A DNA stretch of 64,000 bases from the human T2T-CHM13v2.0 reference genome, Homo sapiens, in NCBI RefSeq assembly GCF_009914755.1, contig NC_060942.1. The stretch is one strand, 5' to 3'. Positions 27,101 through 42,349 of this stretch are shown piece after piece. The notes beneath the pieces are model-generated. The model saw only the letters and a program-made list of their open reading frames with translations. It was not told the DNA's origin and did no database searches. Positions within the stretch are counted from its first letter, which is position 1. Every line of letters starts with the position of its first letter. The position numbers and the translations under genes were made by a program.

Positions 27101-30100
27101 TCTGGCTCGGATTTTGGGGGTTAGAGAAGTGGATGGCTTGGGGATTCCTCTGAATATGGTGTCCTGTTGAGCGCCAACAAGCAATCCCTGAAACGGCGTC
27201 TCCAGGAAGGCCAGTTTGCTCTAGCTGAAGAGTTTCCAACCGTCCCACGAGCACTTGTACAGAGGAGGCATTACTTGTGTCTGGATGGGAATTGTGTCCC
27301 CCGCAGAGGGCTGCAGGGCAGCCTGAACTCCCAGCACCCATCCCAGGTGCCAGTAGGCCCCTAGGGTGGGCCTTGGGACCACGGCCAAGCAGAAGCCCAG
27401 GAGGAAGGGGGTCCTCCTGCCAGTTCTGCCGAGTCCTAAATGCTTACTGCTAATGACAGGATTTTCCAAAATGGATTGTCCTGCACCTGTGGGCCTAGAA
27501 GGGAATCCAAAAATCCTCCAGCCCCACCTCTACCTGGGTCCTGAGAGTTCTGGGACCAGAAGTCTCCAGGCGCTGAGCTCGTCGGCGCTGGGGGTGGACG
27601 TCGCCCTGGCTGTGACCCAAGATGCAAATAGAAGTGTTGGGGTCCGGATCTAGAAAGATGGGTTAGCACAGACATCGTTTGGATTCTAACAGACCATGTC
27701 CTGGAAAAGACACAACGTGGCCTTTGGAATATTCGCCCCTCGTTAAGGAAGAGAGGGAGGCCCTGAGATCAGGCGTCGCTGCAAGTCAGAAATCTGGATT
27801 CTTAGGTGAAGTCTCCGTTTTAAAATTGGGCTCCCAGCACTTGTTGGTGTCATTGGGTTGCCTGGGATACTGTGTGGGACAGCTGAGGGGCACCGTCTGC
27901 CGTGGCCAGTTCCCCCGTCACCGCAAAGCCCAGCAGCAGTCAGCCTCAGACCTTCTTCCTGTCCTGAGAGGCCCTCTCACAGCTTGCCTCAGTTTCTCCC
28001 TGGGATCAAACACGGCTGTGTTTGAAGGCGGGAAGCCAGCAGGGCTCTTGCCCTGGAGTAATGGGATGTCATGATTCTCACTGATTTCCTTGAGGAGACC
28101 TTTCCTCAGAGGCTGCGTTGCCAGCCCCGTGCAGAGCAACCCGCGGCCCTGTAGACCCTGTTCCTTCCTTGGGGCATCCTGCTGCGGTGAGGCCTGGCAG
28201 GATGACTCCTGACCTCCCCCATGGGCCCAGGAAGAGATGAGCAAAACGAGGGCAGTCCCGAGTGTGCCCCTCCTCTCCCACCTGCAGCTGACCCGGGCCA
28301 GGCTGTGCAGGAGAGCTCGGGCGAGGAGAAGGAGCTGCACCACCAGCTTCCATTGCAGGCGCCCTCTGCCCTCAGGGACACTTTTAATTGTCTGCATTTC
28401 GGTTTGTCTGTACTGGGTCCAGTTGTAGTCCCTCAGAAGTTGTAAACCTAAAATTCACTGTCTGTAGGTGCTGGGGAGAAAATGCTGCCCATTCTAAATG
28501 AAGGTTTGTTCCTGTGCCCACACTGTACGTCCAGCACGATCACAGGAAGCACTCCGCCAGAGGAGGAGAGTCTACGAGAGCTCCCAAGTTCTCCCCAAAA
28601 TAGCTCGGGCGTCCATGCACTACCTCTGGGCTCTGGGACTGCCCCCTTCACTTCCATAGGCAATGGGGAGCCCCATGCAGACAGTGTGCGTTAACCGGGG
28701 TCCTGGGCCACATGTTGATGCTGACTCCCAGGCAAAGATGCTCGTGTGGACCCTGCAGGGCCGGTGGTCAGGGGCTGTGAGTGCCCAGTCCAGGATGCGC
28801 CAGGCTTCCGGGCCACCTCACCCTGCTCCTCTCCTGCTGACCCGCCAGGATGCACCAGGCTCCCCGGCCACCCCGCCCTGCTCCTGTCCACCCTTCTTCT
28901 GTCCCACTGCCCTGTGTCCTCTTGACCTGAGCCTCGGCTTGTCCAGCTGGGGCCGTCCAGGTGGGAGTGACTGTCTATGACGAGAGAACGAGAGAGAACC
29001 GGGTCCACAGGACAGGAGCAGGGTGCCAGTACGGGGACGTCACAGCTACGGTCCCCTCACCAGGGGCACTGGCTGTCTCTGGCTCTGCCTGTTTCTAGGA
29101 ACCACCTGGACTGATGCCAGCCACGGCCCCTGCGAAAATTCTTGCAGTAAGAGGAGAGCAGGGTGGGCCGGGAGACAATCAGGCCCTGGGCTGCGCCGTC
29201 ATCGCTCAGCTCTCAGCTCTCAGTGACCTGAGGACCGGGAGTCCAGACCCATTGTGGGGACTGTGCAGGGGGCCCAGCCGGGGCAGGGGGTGTGCAGGGG
29301 GCAACTGTGCCAGGGAACCAGCAGAGACATGGCTAACAGTACAGCCTGGCTAAGAACCATGGGGTTGTGCACTTAGGGAACCGCAGCAGCCCTGACACTG
29401 ACTCATGGGGCCGGTTGAGCAGGGAGGTGCCGGCAACAGGTGAGCTGTGGGGCCTGGGGACCAAAGCCAGCCTCCCTGGCTGTGCGGGCTGGGAGACCTT
29501 GCAGGGCTGGGGCACAGGGAACCCGAAATGCGGAACCCTAAGCACGGTCTGTGTTGGAAAAGCCCATCCTGGGCTGGTCTGGGCATCCTGATCCTGGGTC
29601 ATGCCCACCTGCACCCGTGGGGCTGCAGCCTCTCCTCTGGGGCCCGGCTCGGTTGCCTCGGCTCTTCCAGGCCCTCCCCGGACCCTGCCCCAGTCCACAG
29701 GCCACCCGTGGGTTCTGAAACGCGCCCCTCAGTGTGGACTCAGGAAGACAGGCCATCCCCTGCAGCCCTTCCCAGAGCCTGCAGCTCCAGCCCCACACGA
29801 GTTCTCAGGAGCACTGCGCAGCAGCAGTGACAAGGAGGTGCCCGCCCCACTGCAGGTTGCCCAGAGCTCACGGCCACCCAGATCATGCACCGGGGGACCT
29901 GCAGGTGTGTTGCTCCCAGGTGTCCAGGCTGGCTGGTCACTCAGCTGCACACCTCTGCAGCCCCGTGACAGTCACACCGCCCAGAAGGGAACACCCCGAC
30001 CTGCAGCCCCCTGGCAGGCCCACTCTCCAGGCCTAGGCCAGACCCATGGCAAAGATGGGGGCACCCTGTTCCCCTCTGCCCCAGCCTCCTGTGAGGACTG

Positions 30101-30167
30101 AAAACCTGAGAACACAGGAGTGGTGAGGGAGGTCCCTCAGCGGTGACCAGACACCACACCTGCCGTG

Positions 30168-30262
30168 GGGAGAGAGAGAGGGACAGAGACAGGAGAGAGA
30201 TGGGGAGAGAGAGGGAGAGACAGGAGAGACACGGGGAGAGAGAGAGGAGGAGAGAGGGAGAG
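30168..30262. repeat. GA-rich low-complexity tract
   Basis: gagagagagggacagagacaggagaga... Confidence 0.85.
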
Positions 30263-30399
30263 ACGCACTCCTTGTCCCTGAGGCACCCTGGGGACCCCAG
30301 CGGGGTCACCTGCAGGGACCCCAGGCTCCATCCACCAAGAAGGGGCGTGTGGGAGAGCACCAGAAAGACCACAGCCCCCAGGAAGCTACACACACAGTC

Positions 30400-30885
30400 A
30401 CCACGCCATTAGAGAGAACAGAAAGCAGAGAGCTGGAAGAGCTGCCTGCCCACCACCGGTGCTCACAGCAGCCAAAGGGGAAGGCCACTCGAGTGTCCGT
30501 GGACAGAGGAGGGACCCACAGTGGGGCCCAACCCATCCACAGGGATGTGACTCAGCCTTAACAAGGAAGGAATTCAGACACGGGCCACACTGCAGATGTA
30601 CCTGGAGGATGTCGTGCCGAGCTGAAGACGGCAGGCGCAGGAGGACAAGCCCCATGCCAGTCCACTCACTGGAGGCCCCGGAGTTGTCAGATCCGTGGAG
30701 ACAGACAGCAGGTGGCGGCCAGGGCTGGGAGGGAGGAAAGTCCGTGTTTCACGGGCAGAGCTTCAGTTTGGGAAGATGAGAAAGCTCTGGAGATGGATGG
30801 TGGAGATGTTTGCACAACGTGAATGCACTTTACAAAATGGCTAAGATGGTAAATTTTATGTTATGGCTATTTTACCACAATTAAA
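30400..30885 (+). mobile_element. Old L1 (L1MB/ME-like) 3' end
   Basis: ttcagtttgggaagatgagaaagctctggagatggatggtgg...aaaatggctaagatggtaaattttatgtt...ttttaccacaat is a typical L1M 3' terminus. Confidence 0.7.
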
Positions 30886-31397
30886 CCCCAAAGGGACTGT
30901 CCGAGCGGGACGGAGCCAGCCGAGCCTCAGGTGCAGGTGCTGGGCAGCTCTGCCGGGCACTGACCCGCGGCCCCACCCCCACCCTTGCTCCCGGCCTGCA
31001 GTGGCCACCTCGGTGTTGAGGGTTCATGTGCCCTCGCACTTTGGCAGATGCCACTTCCTGTCTCGCAGAAGAAGCAAGGCCCTGACCGGTTTATAAAGAG
31101 CACCCATCTTCTCCGGCACCAGACGGCCCCAGCCTGGCATCTCGATGAGTGAAGCGTAATGAGCCAGAATTGCAGGATTAAGCTTCACTTGAAACTCACT
31201 CCGGTTCAAAACTTAATGGAAAAAATGCCTGGCAAAACTTGTTTGGAGCTTTATTGAACCAAAACACTTTAGAAACCGTTGGGGAAGCTCAGTGAACCCA
31301 GGCTGTGGTCCAGCCCCACGCTTTGTCTAGGGCAGGTTCCGTTCCCTCAAGCAGGTGATGGGAATCCCGGACTGGAGCCTGAGGCTGAGCAGCCAGA

Positions 31398-31506
31398 GGC
31401 CACACCGCCAGGGCCAGGCCACACCACCAGGGCCAGGCCACACCGCCAGGGCAGGCCACACCGCCGGGGCCAGGCCACACCGCCGGGACCGGCCACACCG
31501 CCGGGG
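31398..31506. repeat. ~17-19-bp GC-rich tandem repeat, ~6 copies
   Basis: ggccacaccgccRgggcca repeated. Confidence 0.88.
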
Positions 31507-32867
31507 CCTGCCTCATCGCCCCACAGTCTGGAATGCTCTGCACACGCATCAGAAGGAGAGTCGCTGAGCATCACAAAGGAAAATAGAAAGCGCAGCCTCA
31601 CTGCCCAAGGCCGGGGCAGAGATGACTTGCCTTGTGTTACTGCCTAATTAAACAGATTTGGGTAAACAGATTTGGGTAAACCAAGTAGTTTAAAGAAAAA
31701 TGTTGGAATATTGCCATTTGAAAAGTATTATTATTTTGCAAGAGGAAAACAATTGTGAGTTCACAGGGACAAACCCAAACTCTTGCCAGAAACTAAAAAT
31801 GTGATTTATTTACCTCTCGACCAGCGTTAGCAAAAAGAGCAGGCCTGCAGGATCAGGACGCGGCTCTGGGCCCTCCTGCCTCAGCCCTCCGGCACTGTGA
31901 GAGGGGCACACACCCGGGGTGGGTGTGCTTGTCCTGCGAAGTGCAGAACAGAGAAGAGGCTCCGAAGCACAGAGCGCCTCTGCCCTGGGCTTTGCACACA
32001 TTCCTGACTTCTTAAGACACAGCTGTGCAGGACCATTGCATCTCCGTGAAGCTGTCCTCATTGGCCTCAGGCTGACCCGGGCCCCTGGCACTCGAGGGCC
32101 AGGGAAGGGGTCATGTCTCCCTGAGACACACATGTGGCATCCTTTCCCCGCCCCCGTGCACACCAGTGGAGTGTCAGCTCAGCCCTGTTTGTGCTTTCTA
32201 AGAGAAATCGAGGTTTAAAGGGGACTTTTTTTTGCCTAGCGTGGTGTGTGAGGCCCAGATGGCTGCAGCAGCTGTGCCGGGCTTGCCCGGCCTCCTCACC
32301 GGGAGCTTCCCTCTGGCTAGAGTTGCTGTTTCATCTGCCTGTGTCCCTGCGGCCCCACCCCCATGGAGGAAGCGAGGACCCTGTTCAGCCATGGCCTTCC
32401 TGTGAATTAGGCCTCCTTCAGGTGCAAGTGACAGAATCCACATTAAACTCGATTGAGCAGAAAAGGGAAGTTGCTTCCTCACCAAGGTGAAGACCCCAGG
32501 GGAGGCTCTCAGGTCCCACTAGACTCAGGGGCTCAAGCAGGGCATGGAATCGGCCTCTGGAGTCCCTGTCTCCATGGCAGCCCCGGGGTCCACATCTTCC
32601 CCAGGAGGGCACTCTTCAGGCCCCGGCTTCAGAGGAAGAGAACGCCATTCCCTGCGGCTGTGGGGCAGCAGCAGGCACACCTCCCTGGCCTCGGGTGGGC
32701 TCTGCCCCTGCGTGGGCTATGGCGGGAGTGGGGACATTCCCGTGACCCCCCTGGAGTTTAGGCCAGGCAGTGGAGGTCCTCGAGCAAAGGTCATCCCACA
32801 GGGAGTGCTCTGTCCAGTAGGAGCATGGCGCCCATGTCAGGGCACTGGCCTGGAAGGGAGCGTCTTA

Positions 32868-33285
<418 letters not shown>

Positions 33286-33294
33286 CCACTGCCC

Positions 33295-33708
33295 TTTGGG
33301 TTGGTTTCCTGGGGCTGCCATCACAAATGACCACAAAGTGGGTGGCTTGAATGGCAGAAACATGTCCTCAGTTCTGGAGGCCAGAAGGCACAGTCGAGGG
33401 TCAGCAAGGCCAAGTGCCCTCTGGAACCGGCCACGGAGGTCCCTTCCCTTCCTCTTCCAGCTCGTGGTAGCCCCAGGTGCTCCTTGGCTCGTGGAGCCAT
33501 CATTCCAGTCTCTGCCTCTGTTGGCTCACCACATTCCCTTTGTCTGTCTTCTCCTCCTGTGAGGGCACCAGTCATCATTGGGGTCCCCTTAACTGACACC
33601 ATCTTAACTAGTTACAACTGTAGAGATGTCACTTACCAAATTAGGTCTCATTCCCAGAGACCAGGGGACTTCAATGAATCGTTTTGGAGGACGCAGTTCA
33701 ATTCACAA
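33295..33708 (-). mobile_element. MaLR LTR (MLT1-like)
   Basis: tttcctggggctgccatcacaaatgaccacaaa...cagttctggaggccagaag...aggtctcattc pattern. Confidence 0.75.
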
Positions 33709-34519
33709 CAGCATTGTTCTGAAATAATGATTAAGCTGTCTTGAGCCATTAGCAGGTGCCTCTCATTGATCTACCCTGAGAGGTGAAGGCCGTTACTATT
33801 GGCTCCCATAGGTGTACCGGGGACTGGAATCCAAACTCGGGGTGTGGGCAAGCGCCTTCTCACACGAGAGCTGACGTGCTCTGTGAACCCGTCCCCGGGA
33901 AACTGGTCAAGTTAAAAACCCCCAGCCATTGACAGTCTCTGGAAATGGTCCTAAGGACACGCAGCAAGTGAAGACACATCTATTGAAAAAGACCTGATTT
34001 TTTAAAAAACCATCTTTACTAGGAAAGGTGAATGTATTTGGTATTTGAACCAAAGCCACCCCCTCCTCCCCTCCCCCTGCCACTCCACCAGCAGGTCTGC
34101 TGCAGCTGAGGACACAGGTGGGTGGGGGAGAGTGACTCTGGGAGGGCAGGATGTCGGTGTTTCTCATCCTGCCCCATCTGCCTGTTGCTGGGGCTGCTAG
34201 GTCCTGGGGAGTCTGGTGGAGGGGTGGGGGCTCCCTTCTTCCCGGTCCCCACACTCATGGGTGGGAGGCTGGGCCTTGGGTGTGGCTCACTGAGAAGACA
34301 GGGTGCAACTACCCTTGCCCCCGCTGACAGGGCAGTGATTCCAGGCCAGGGGAGGCCAGTGGGGTCTCAGGATGCTGCCCCCGTCAGCACTCAACTCCTG
34401 GAGGTGGAGGCGTCACTCACTCTGAGGCTCGGCACTGTCCCCATCCCCAGCTCCAAAGCATTGGCTCAGAGATTTTGCCTGGAGTGAGAAGCAGTAAGTA
34501 AAAGAGATAGCTTCTAATC

Positions 34520-37295
34520 TCCTCCCAAAAGAAACGACTTCATTTTCAGCAGAACATGGGAGAAGGTGAAAGCTTAGGGTCCCCTCGAAAACATGGAGGT
34601 TGTCATCAATGGCATTTGGGACATTCATGGATTTAATGAAGATTTAGCCTAGATTTAGGAATGTGATAGCTGTGAGGGGCCTCCAGGGGTCAAAACAAAT
34701 ATCACACATGGACATCAGAAACTCTTGCTTCAAAGAAGGCACTATTTAGTTGGAGTAGTTTGTAGAGTAATTTATGCCTCCAGATATTGTTAAAAACAAT
34801 AGAGCAATCCAATGGCAGCCGTGGAATTTAACAGCTGGGTATGGTCAGGGAAAGAGAGGAAGAGATCTCTATCAATGTGGTCGGGGAAAGAGAGGAAGAG
34901 ATCGCTCTCAAAATCCTGCATTCCAGGGTGACTCTGGGCACAGGTAAGACTCCTCTCCCTAAGGAGCAAGCCAGAGGCATAACTCTGCTGGTGGAGGGGG
35001 CAGTGTGTGGAATAGCTTCACTGCAGTCATCTCAGAAGTCACAAGACAAGTAAATAAGCAAATAACAAGCCCCACACAGGGGGACCAGTATCCAGAGCTG
35101 CTATAATACATTGTCTAAAATGCCCAGTTTCCAACAAAATAGGAGGCATGCAAAGAAACACAAGAGTATGACCCCCACATTTAAATTTTTTAAAAAGCAG
35201 ACAACAGAAACTGCCTGGGGAATGACCAGATATTGGATTTAATGGGAAAAGGCCAAAATATCCCTTATATGCTCAGAGAACTAAAGTAAATCTTGATTAA
35301 AGGAAGCAGGACGACAATGTCACATCACGTAGAGACTGTTGATAGAATGTATAAAAAATAACCAGTGGAAATTCAGGAGTTGGAAGGCGCAGTCACTGAA
35401 GTGAACCATTCACTATTGGGGCTCAACAATCGATTTGAACTGGCAGAAGAAAGAAAGTGAATTTGAAGATACATCAGTAGAGAGTATGCAAGCCCCGAAC
35501 AGAGAGCAGATAGAATGAAGGAGACCAAGGGGAGCCTCGGAGAGCTGAGGGGCACCAGGGACGCCCTCCAGGGCACCAGCCCACACAAGGGGTTCACTAG
35601 AAGGAAAGGAAAGAGGAAAAAAGGGATGCAAAAATATTAAAAGAAATAATGGTTGAAAATATCGCAGATTAGTTTAAAAAAATAACCTACAAAACCAGGA
35701 ATCTCAATGAACTCCAACTGGGGCAAGCCTAGAGAGGCCCACAGACCAACACATTATGAGTAAAAATGCTGAAAGTCAATAATAAGGAGAAAATCTCAAA
35801 AGCCAAAATAATAAAATAATGTATCACTTACAAGGGAACCCCAATAAGGCTAACAAGTGACTTCTAAGCGGCAACGATGTGAGCCTGAGGCAGTGGGATA
35901 ACAGCCAAAGGAAAGGAGAGAGGAGGAGAGGGGAGGGGAAAGGAGGGGGAGGCAGAGGGAGGCAGGGAGGGAGGAAGGAAACCTATCAATCCCAAATCCT
36001 ATGCGCAGCAGAGCTTTCTTTCAAGAATGAAGGTGAAATAAAGACTTTTTCCGACAAACTGAGAGTTTGTTGCCAGCTGACCCACCTTACAAAAAATACT
36101 AAAGGAAGTTCTTCAGGCAGTGAGCAAGAAACTTCAGACAGTAATTTGAAATCACATGAAAAAAACAGAGTGCCTCTTAAGGTAATTATGTAATTTCATA
36201 AGACAGTACGAATACATATTTTTCTCTTTTTATAACTGGTGTGAAAAGTGATTGTATAAAATAATGTATATAAAATATAATGTTGGGCCTATAACTTATA
36301 GCAATGTAATATATGTGTAGTGTATTGCTAATAACAATACAAAGAAAGTGAATGAGAACAAAGCTATATTGGACTAAAGAAATAACTACAGATGGTAAAA
36401 TAATGGTTATCACAATGTATTCTTAGGTTTGTAACATTACTGTTTACAATGTAGAATGTATAAAAGCGGGAAGGGAATGGAGCTAGCTACATAGGGATAG
36501 TGTTTTTGTGTGTCACTGGAGTCGAAATGTATATGGTACATACTAGAGCAATCACTAAAACAGTAACAAAAAAAGTTTAAAAACTCAGTAGAAAATAATT
36601 CACTTAATGCAAAGAAGTCAATAAAGAAATAAATGAGGGGAAGACATAAGAAAAATAGAAAATGAAAAGTAAAGTGGAATAGAAATGAAAAGTAAAGTTC
36701 AATAATAACATTAAATGTGAGTGGATTTAACAACCAATCAGAAAGCAAAGGCTGTCAGACTGAATTAAGAAAACATGACCCAACTTTATGCCGTCTAGAG
36801 GAGACATACTTTCTACTCAAAGCTACACACATAGACTACAACGATGGGAAAAGACGACACACCAACAGCGACTTCAGGAAAGCTGGAGTGGCTGCTAATG
36901 TTAGACAAAATAGGCTTTTTAAAAAAGGTTTTATTAAAGAGGAATGTTTCGTAATGATAAAAGCACTAATCTGTGAGAAAGATACAACAATGATAAACAT
37001 ACGTGCAGCTAATAAGAGAGCTCCAAAATCTATGAAGCAAAAACTCACAGAATGAGGGGAGAAGCAGTTCTACAACAGAGAATGGGGACTTCGATACTCC
37101 ACTTTCAATAATGGATACAACAACCAGGCAGATAACAAGGCAACAGAAGGCCTGAACAACAGTATAAACCAATTAGACCTACCAGATATCTATAGCTAGC
37201 ACACTCCACCCAACGACAGCAGAATACACATTCTTCTCAAGCGCACAAGTAACATCCTCCAGGATGGGCCATGTTCTAGGCCATCAAACAAACTC
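34520..37295 (+). mobile_element. Old L1M fragment: 5' region, ORF1 remnant and ORF2 endonuclease remnant
   Basis: Track ORFs give ILCAAELSFKNEGEIKTFSDK (ORF1p C-terminus) and HDPTLCRLEETY...KAGVA...MKQKLTE (APE endonuclease); many stops. Confidence 0.8.
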
Positions 37296-37383
37296 AGGTG
37301 GTTTGAGGCCAGAGGCCTCTCTTTTAACCACCACACTAGGGCCTTCGGAGGAGGCAAGCAGAGAGTTGTCAAAGAGGCCCTCA

Positions 37384-38998
<1,615 letters not shown>

Positions 38999-41282
38999 CC
39001 AGATGGTCTCAAGAGTCTCTGGACATCGTGGGGGCCCTTCCCTGTTGGTTGGAAGGTGCCTCAGGAAGAAGGGGGTGGATTCTGAGTTGAGTCAAAACCT
39101 CAAAGACCCCTGATGGGAAAAGCTCTCAAGTGACCACCGCTGTGGGCCAGAATGCAAAACTGCAGGAACAGAACATTCGCAGGAACAGAACACAGTCGTA
39201 TTAAGTGATTTTCCCGAGCAGGAAGTGGCATCTGGCCTGCGGTTCAGTAGGGGGAGGAAAGGGTGGGCGCACCTGCCCCTGGCTGGCGCACCTGCCAGGT
39301 AGCCCCACGCGGCACCGCGTGTGCCGAGCGCCCCTGAGGATGGAAAGCCCCACGTGGGGCAGGTGGCACCCACCCTCCGAAGACGGGACGGGATGGAGCG
39401 TTGAGCTTCGGGGCAGCTCCGGCCCGGCCCGCGCTGGAGACGCCCGCATCTGCCAGGATGGCGTCTCATAGCCCTGGTGCTCACACATGACGCCAGGAAG
39501 CCCCAGCAACAGTGACCGCCCAGGCTCTAGAAAATATTGGACGGGGTGGATGAACACCCAAGTGCGCTCCAGGAGAAGGGATTTGGCACCCCAAGGGGCT
39601 TTTAAAACGGTAAGCTTCTAGGGGTGTCTTTGCCCCCAATAATCCATAGAAACAACAGTCATCTAAAAATAGTCTTGTTTTCTGTCCTAAGCTCCTTTTA
39701 ACTTTGTTAGTCATCACCAATCCTAAAATAAAACCCGTGTAACGTCTCCCCTAGTAGCGGCTATAAACAAACCTACGAGGAGGCAGGAGGAAGAGGAAAG
39801 GGGCGCAGGGCGCTCGGGGAGCAGAGCCGGGGGCCCGCGGTGGCCGCAGAGGCCGGGCCGGGGCGCAGAGGCCGGGCGAGCTGGCCGCGCTCTGGGCCGC
39901 CGCCTCCGGAACTCCCTGCGCCTGGCGCGCGGCCACCGTGGTCCCGGCAACGGCATTAAACAGAGGGAAACAGACCCGGGATTCCGTCACCCGGGCGGGG
40001 GGATAAGGACGGCTTTGAGAGCAGACAGGAAAAGGGAGCTTTTCTGCATGGGGTGAAAAAATTATTTATTGAAGGAGGAGGAGGCGGCAGCGGAGGAAGG
40101 GGAGGGGCGGGAGGAGGAGGAAGAGCCGGCCGCCCCCGCCCCGGCCCCGGCTCCTCAGGAGCCAAGGGCAGCCTCGCCAGGTCGGTCCCGGGCTCGAGGA
40201 CCGCGGCTGGGGTCGAGGGGCTCAGTCTCCCACGTGACCGGCTGGGCGCGCCCCGCCAGACCCGGCCTCGGGATTCCCTCCTCCCGGCGAGTCTCCGCCC
40301 GCCCCGTCCTGGAGGTGGGGAGAAGGAGGGCGGGGCGGGGGGGACGGAAACTCTCCCCGCCAAATCCTGGCCCCAGGCCTGGGGACACTCGCGGCGGGAA
40401 GATTCGGAGGGGAGGGGAGGGGGAGGGGCGTGGGGGCGCGGCCTCGCTGGAGTCCCCCTGACCCCCCGACCCCCGCCCACCGGCCTGGGCGTCCTCCCGC
40501 GGCCCCTCCTCCCCTCCCGGCGCCCGGTGCTCTGGGGCGCGTGCCACGCCTGGCTCGGCGCCGTAGGGGCCCCCGCAGGTAGAGACCCCTGGAAATGGCC
40601 TCGACGCCGCAGGAGCGAGGCGGCCACCACCCCGCTAATCCGGGCACGTCTCTCCAGGCCGAGGCCTGCGGTGGAAAAGCCGGGCTTCCATTTGTGCTGA
40701 GTCGGGGCGGCCGAATGGAGCCAGGCCTCGGGACGCGGGACGGACGGGCTCTGGCCGCGCACCTTCGCGGGCTCTGCAGCGCCCGACCGCCTCCCCCGGC
40801 AGGGAGGAGGCGCTTGTGGGGGGCACCCACGGGGCACAGTGATCCCTGGGGGTCTGCGGACCTCCTGGGCCCCGCAGCAGACACGAGTTTAGCCTTTGGG
40901 TTTAGTTTAAATCACATAAGGGTGTCGTGCAATCGATTTATGGTTTCTACACACCAGACACTTTAACCTCCAACCCCCCCCATCCAAAGCCAACAAGAAA
41001 ATGCGGTGCCGTGTTGGCAGCTGAGCTGCGCCCGAAGAGACGCAGGGAGACGTGAGAGAGGAAAGTGTGAGTGGCCGGGGGGCCTCCCCCCGTCAGAAGT
41101 CGCGCAGTCGCGCCCATAAAACGCCCCCTCCGGGCGGCTAGGGCAGGTGAGCGCGTCCCCGGGCCTCCCCACGCCGGCCCCTGCCACAGGCCGTCTAGGT
41201 CGAGCAGATATTTACAGAATAAAAATGACAATAACTCGACGTCCCGGGACGGCCACGCAATCTGTTAGTAATTTAGCGGGAT

Positions 41283-41386
41283 GGGAATTTCCTTTCTAGG
41301 GCCTGCCAGTGAAGCGCTTTTCCAAATTTCCACAGCGGGGGAAGCCTGCGATTTTACATAATGACTTCAGCATGCCGGGCTTTCTC
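41283..41386 (+). promoter_or_regulatory. NFATC1: NFATC1 P1 distal block: kB site, tandem NFAT sites, bZIP/CRE-like sites
   Basis: GGGAATTTCC 41283-41292; TTTTCCA 41318-41324 and TTTCCA 41327-41332; TTACATAA 41354-41361; TGACTTCA 41362-41369. Fits the known NFAT/NF-kB-inducible autoregulated P1. Confidence 0.8.
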
Positions 41387-41569
41387 GACACCCCTCCCCG
41401 GCCCCCGGCCCCCGCCCCCCGCCCCTTTTCCAGTAGGGCCGGGCTCCCTCCGGACACCCGCGTGGACTCAGGCGTCCCGTCTGGCCCGTTCGCCCCCGTT
41501 TCCCCCGCCAGCCCCAGCGCCCCCCTGCCCGGCCCCCGGATTCCCCGTTCCCGCCCCTACGCCCCCATC

Positions 41570-41714
41570 CCCTCCCCGTGCGCCCCTCCCCGTGCGCCCC
41601 CCCTCCCCGTGCGCCCCCCTCCCCGTGCGCCCCCCCTCCCCGGGCGCCCCCCTCCCCGGGCGCCCCCCCTCCCCGTGCGCCCCCCCTCCCCGTGCGCCCC
41701 CCCTCCCCGTGCGC
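41570..41714. repeat. C-rich ~14-17-bp minisatellite, 9 copies, inside P1
   Basis: cctccccgKgcgcc(c)n repeated. Confidence 0.92.
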
Positions 41715-41824
41715 GCCCCGCCTCTTGCGCCCCTGCCCCCAGGCGAGCGGCTGCCGCGGCGCGGGGAGGGGCGGGCGCTCGGCGACTCGTCCCCGGGGCC
41801 CCGCGCGGGCCCGGGCAGCAGGGG

Positions 41825-41904
41825 CGTGATGTCACGGCAGGGAGGGGGCGCGGGAGCCGCCGGGCCGGCGGGGAGGCGGGGGAGGTGTTTTCCAGCTTTA
41901 AAAA
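41825..41904 (+). promoter_or_regulatory. NFATC1: NFATC1 P1 proximal block: CRE-like site, GC boxes, NFAT site, TATA-like box
   Basis: cgTGATGTCAcg 41825-41836; TTTTCCA 41888-41894; TTTAAAAA 41897-41904; TSS expected near 41930. Confidence 0.75.
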
Positions 41905-42086
41905 GGCAGGAGGCAGAGCGCGGCCCTGCGTCAGAGCGAGACTCAGAGGCTCCGAACTCGCCGGCGGAGTCGCCGCGCCAGATCCCAGCAGCAGGGCGCG
42001 GGCACCGGGGCGCGGGCAGGGCTCGGAGCCACCGCGCAGGTCCTAGGGCCGCGGCCGGGCCCCGCCACGCGCGCACACGCCCCTCG

Positions 42087-42116
42087 ATGACTTTCCTCCG
42101 CGGCGCGCGGCGCTGA
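42087..42116 (+). other. uORF MTFLRGARR* in the NFATC1 alpha 5' UTR
   Basis: ATG ACT TTC CTC CGC GGC GCG CGG CGC TGA, ending 106 nt before the main ATG. Confidence 0.6.
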
Positions 42117-42222
42117 GCCCGGGGCGAGGGCTGTCTTCCCGGAGACCCGACCCCGGCAGCGCGGGGCGGCCGCTTCTCCTGTGCCTCCGCCCGCCGCTCC
42201 ACTCCCCGCCGCCGCCGCGCGG

Positions 42223-42349
42223 ATGCCAAGCACCAGCTTTCCAGTCCCTTCCAAGTTTCCACTTGGCCCTGCGGCTGCGGTCTTCGGGAGAGGAGAAACT
42301 TTGGGGCCCGCGCCGCGCGCCGGCGGCACCATGAAGTCAGCGGAGGAAG
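42223..42349 (+). CDS. NFATC1: NFATC1 alpha first exon, MPSTSFPVPSKFPLGPAAAVFGRGETLGPAPRAGGTMKSAEE(E)
   Basis: Recognised 42-aa alpha N-terminus; gtaagc donor, phase 1; second in-frame ATG (Met37) at 42331. Confidence 0.97.

Noticed and set aside
34520-37295. Active L1
   Set aside because: Heavily decayed with stops and frameshifts, truncated in the endonuclease domain.
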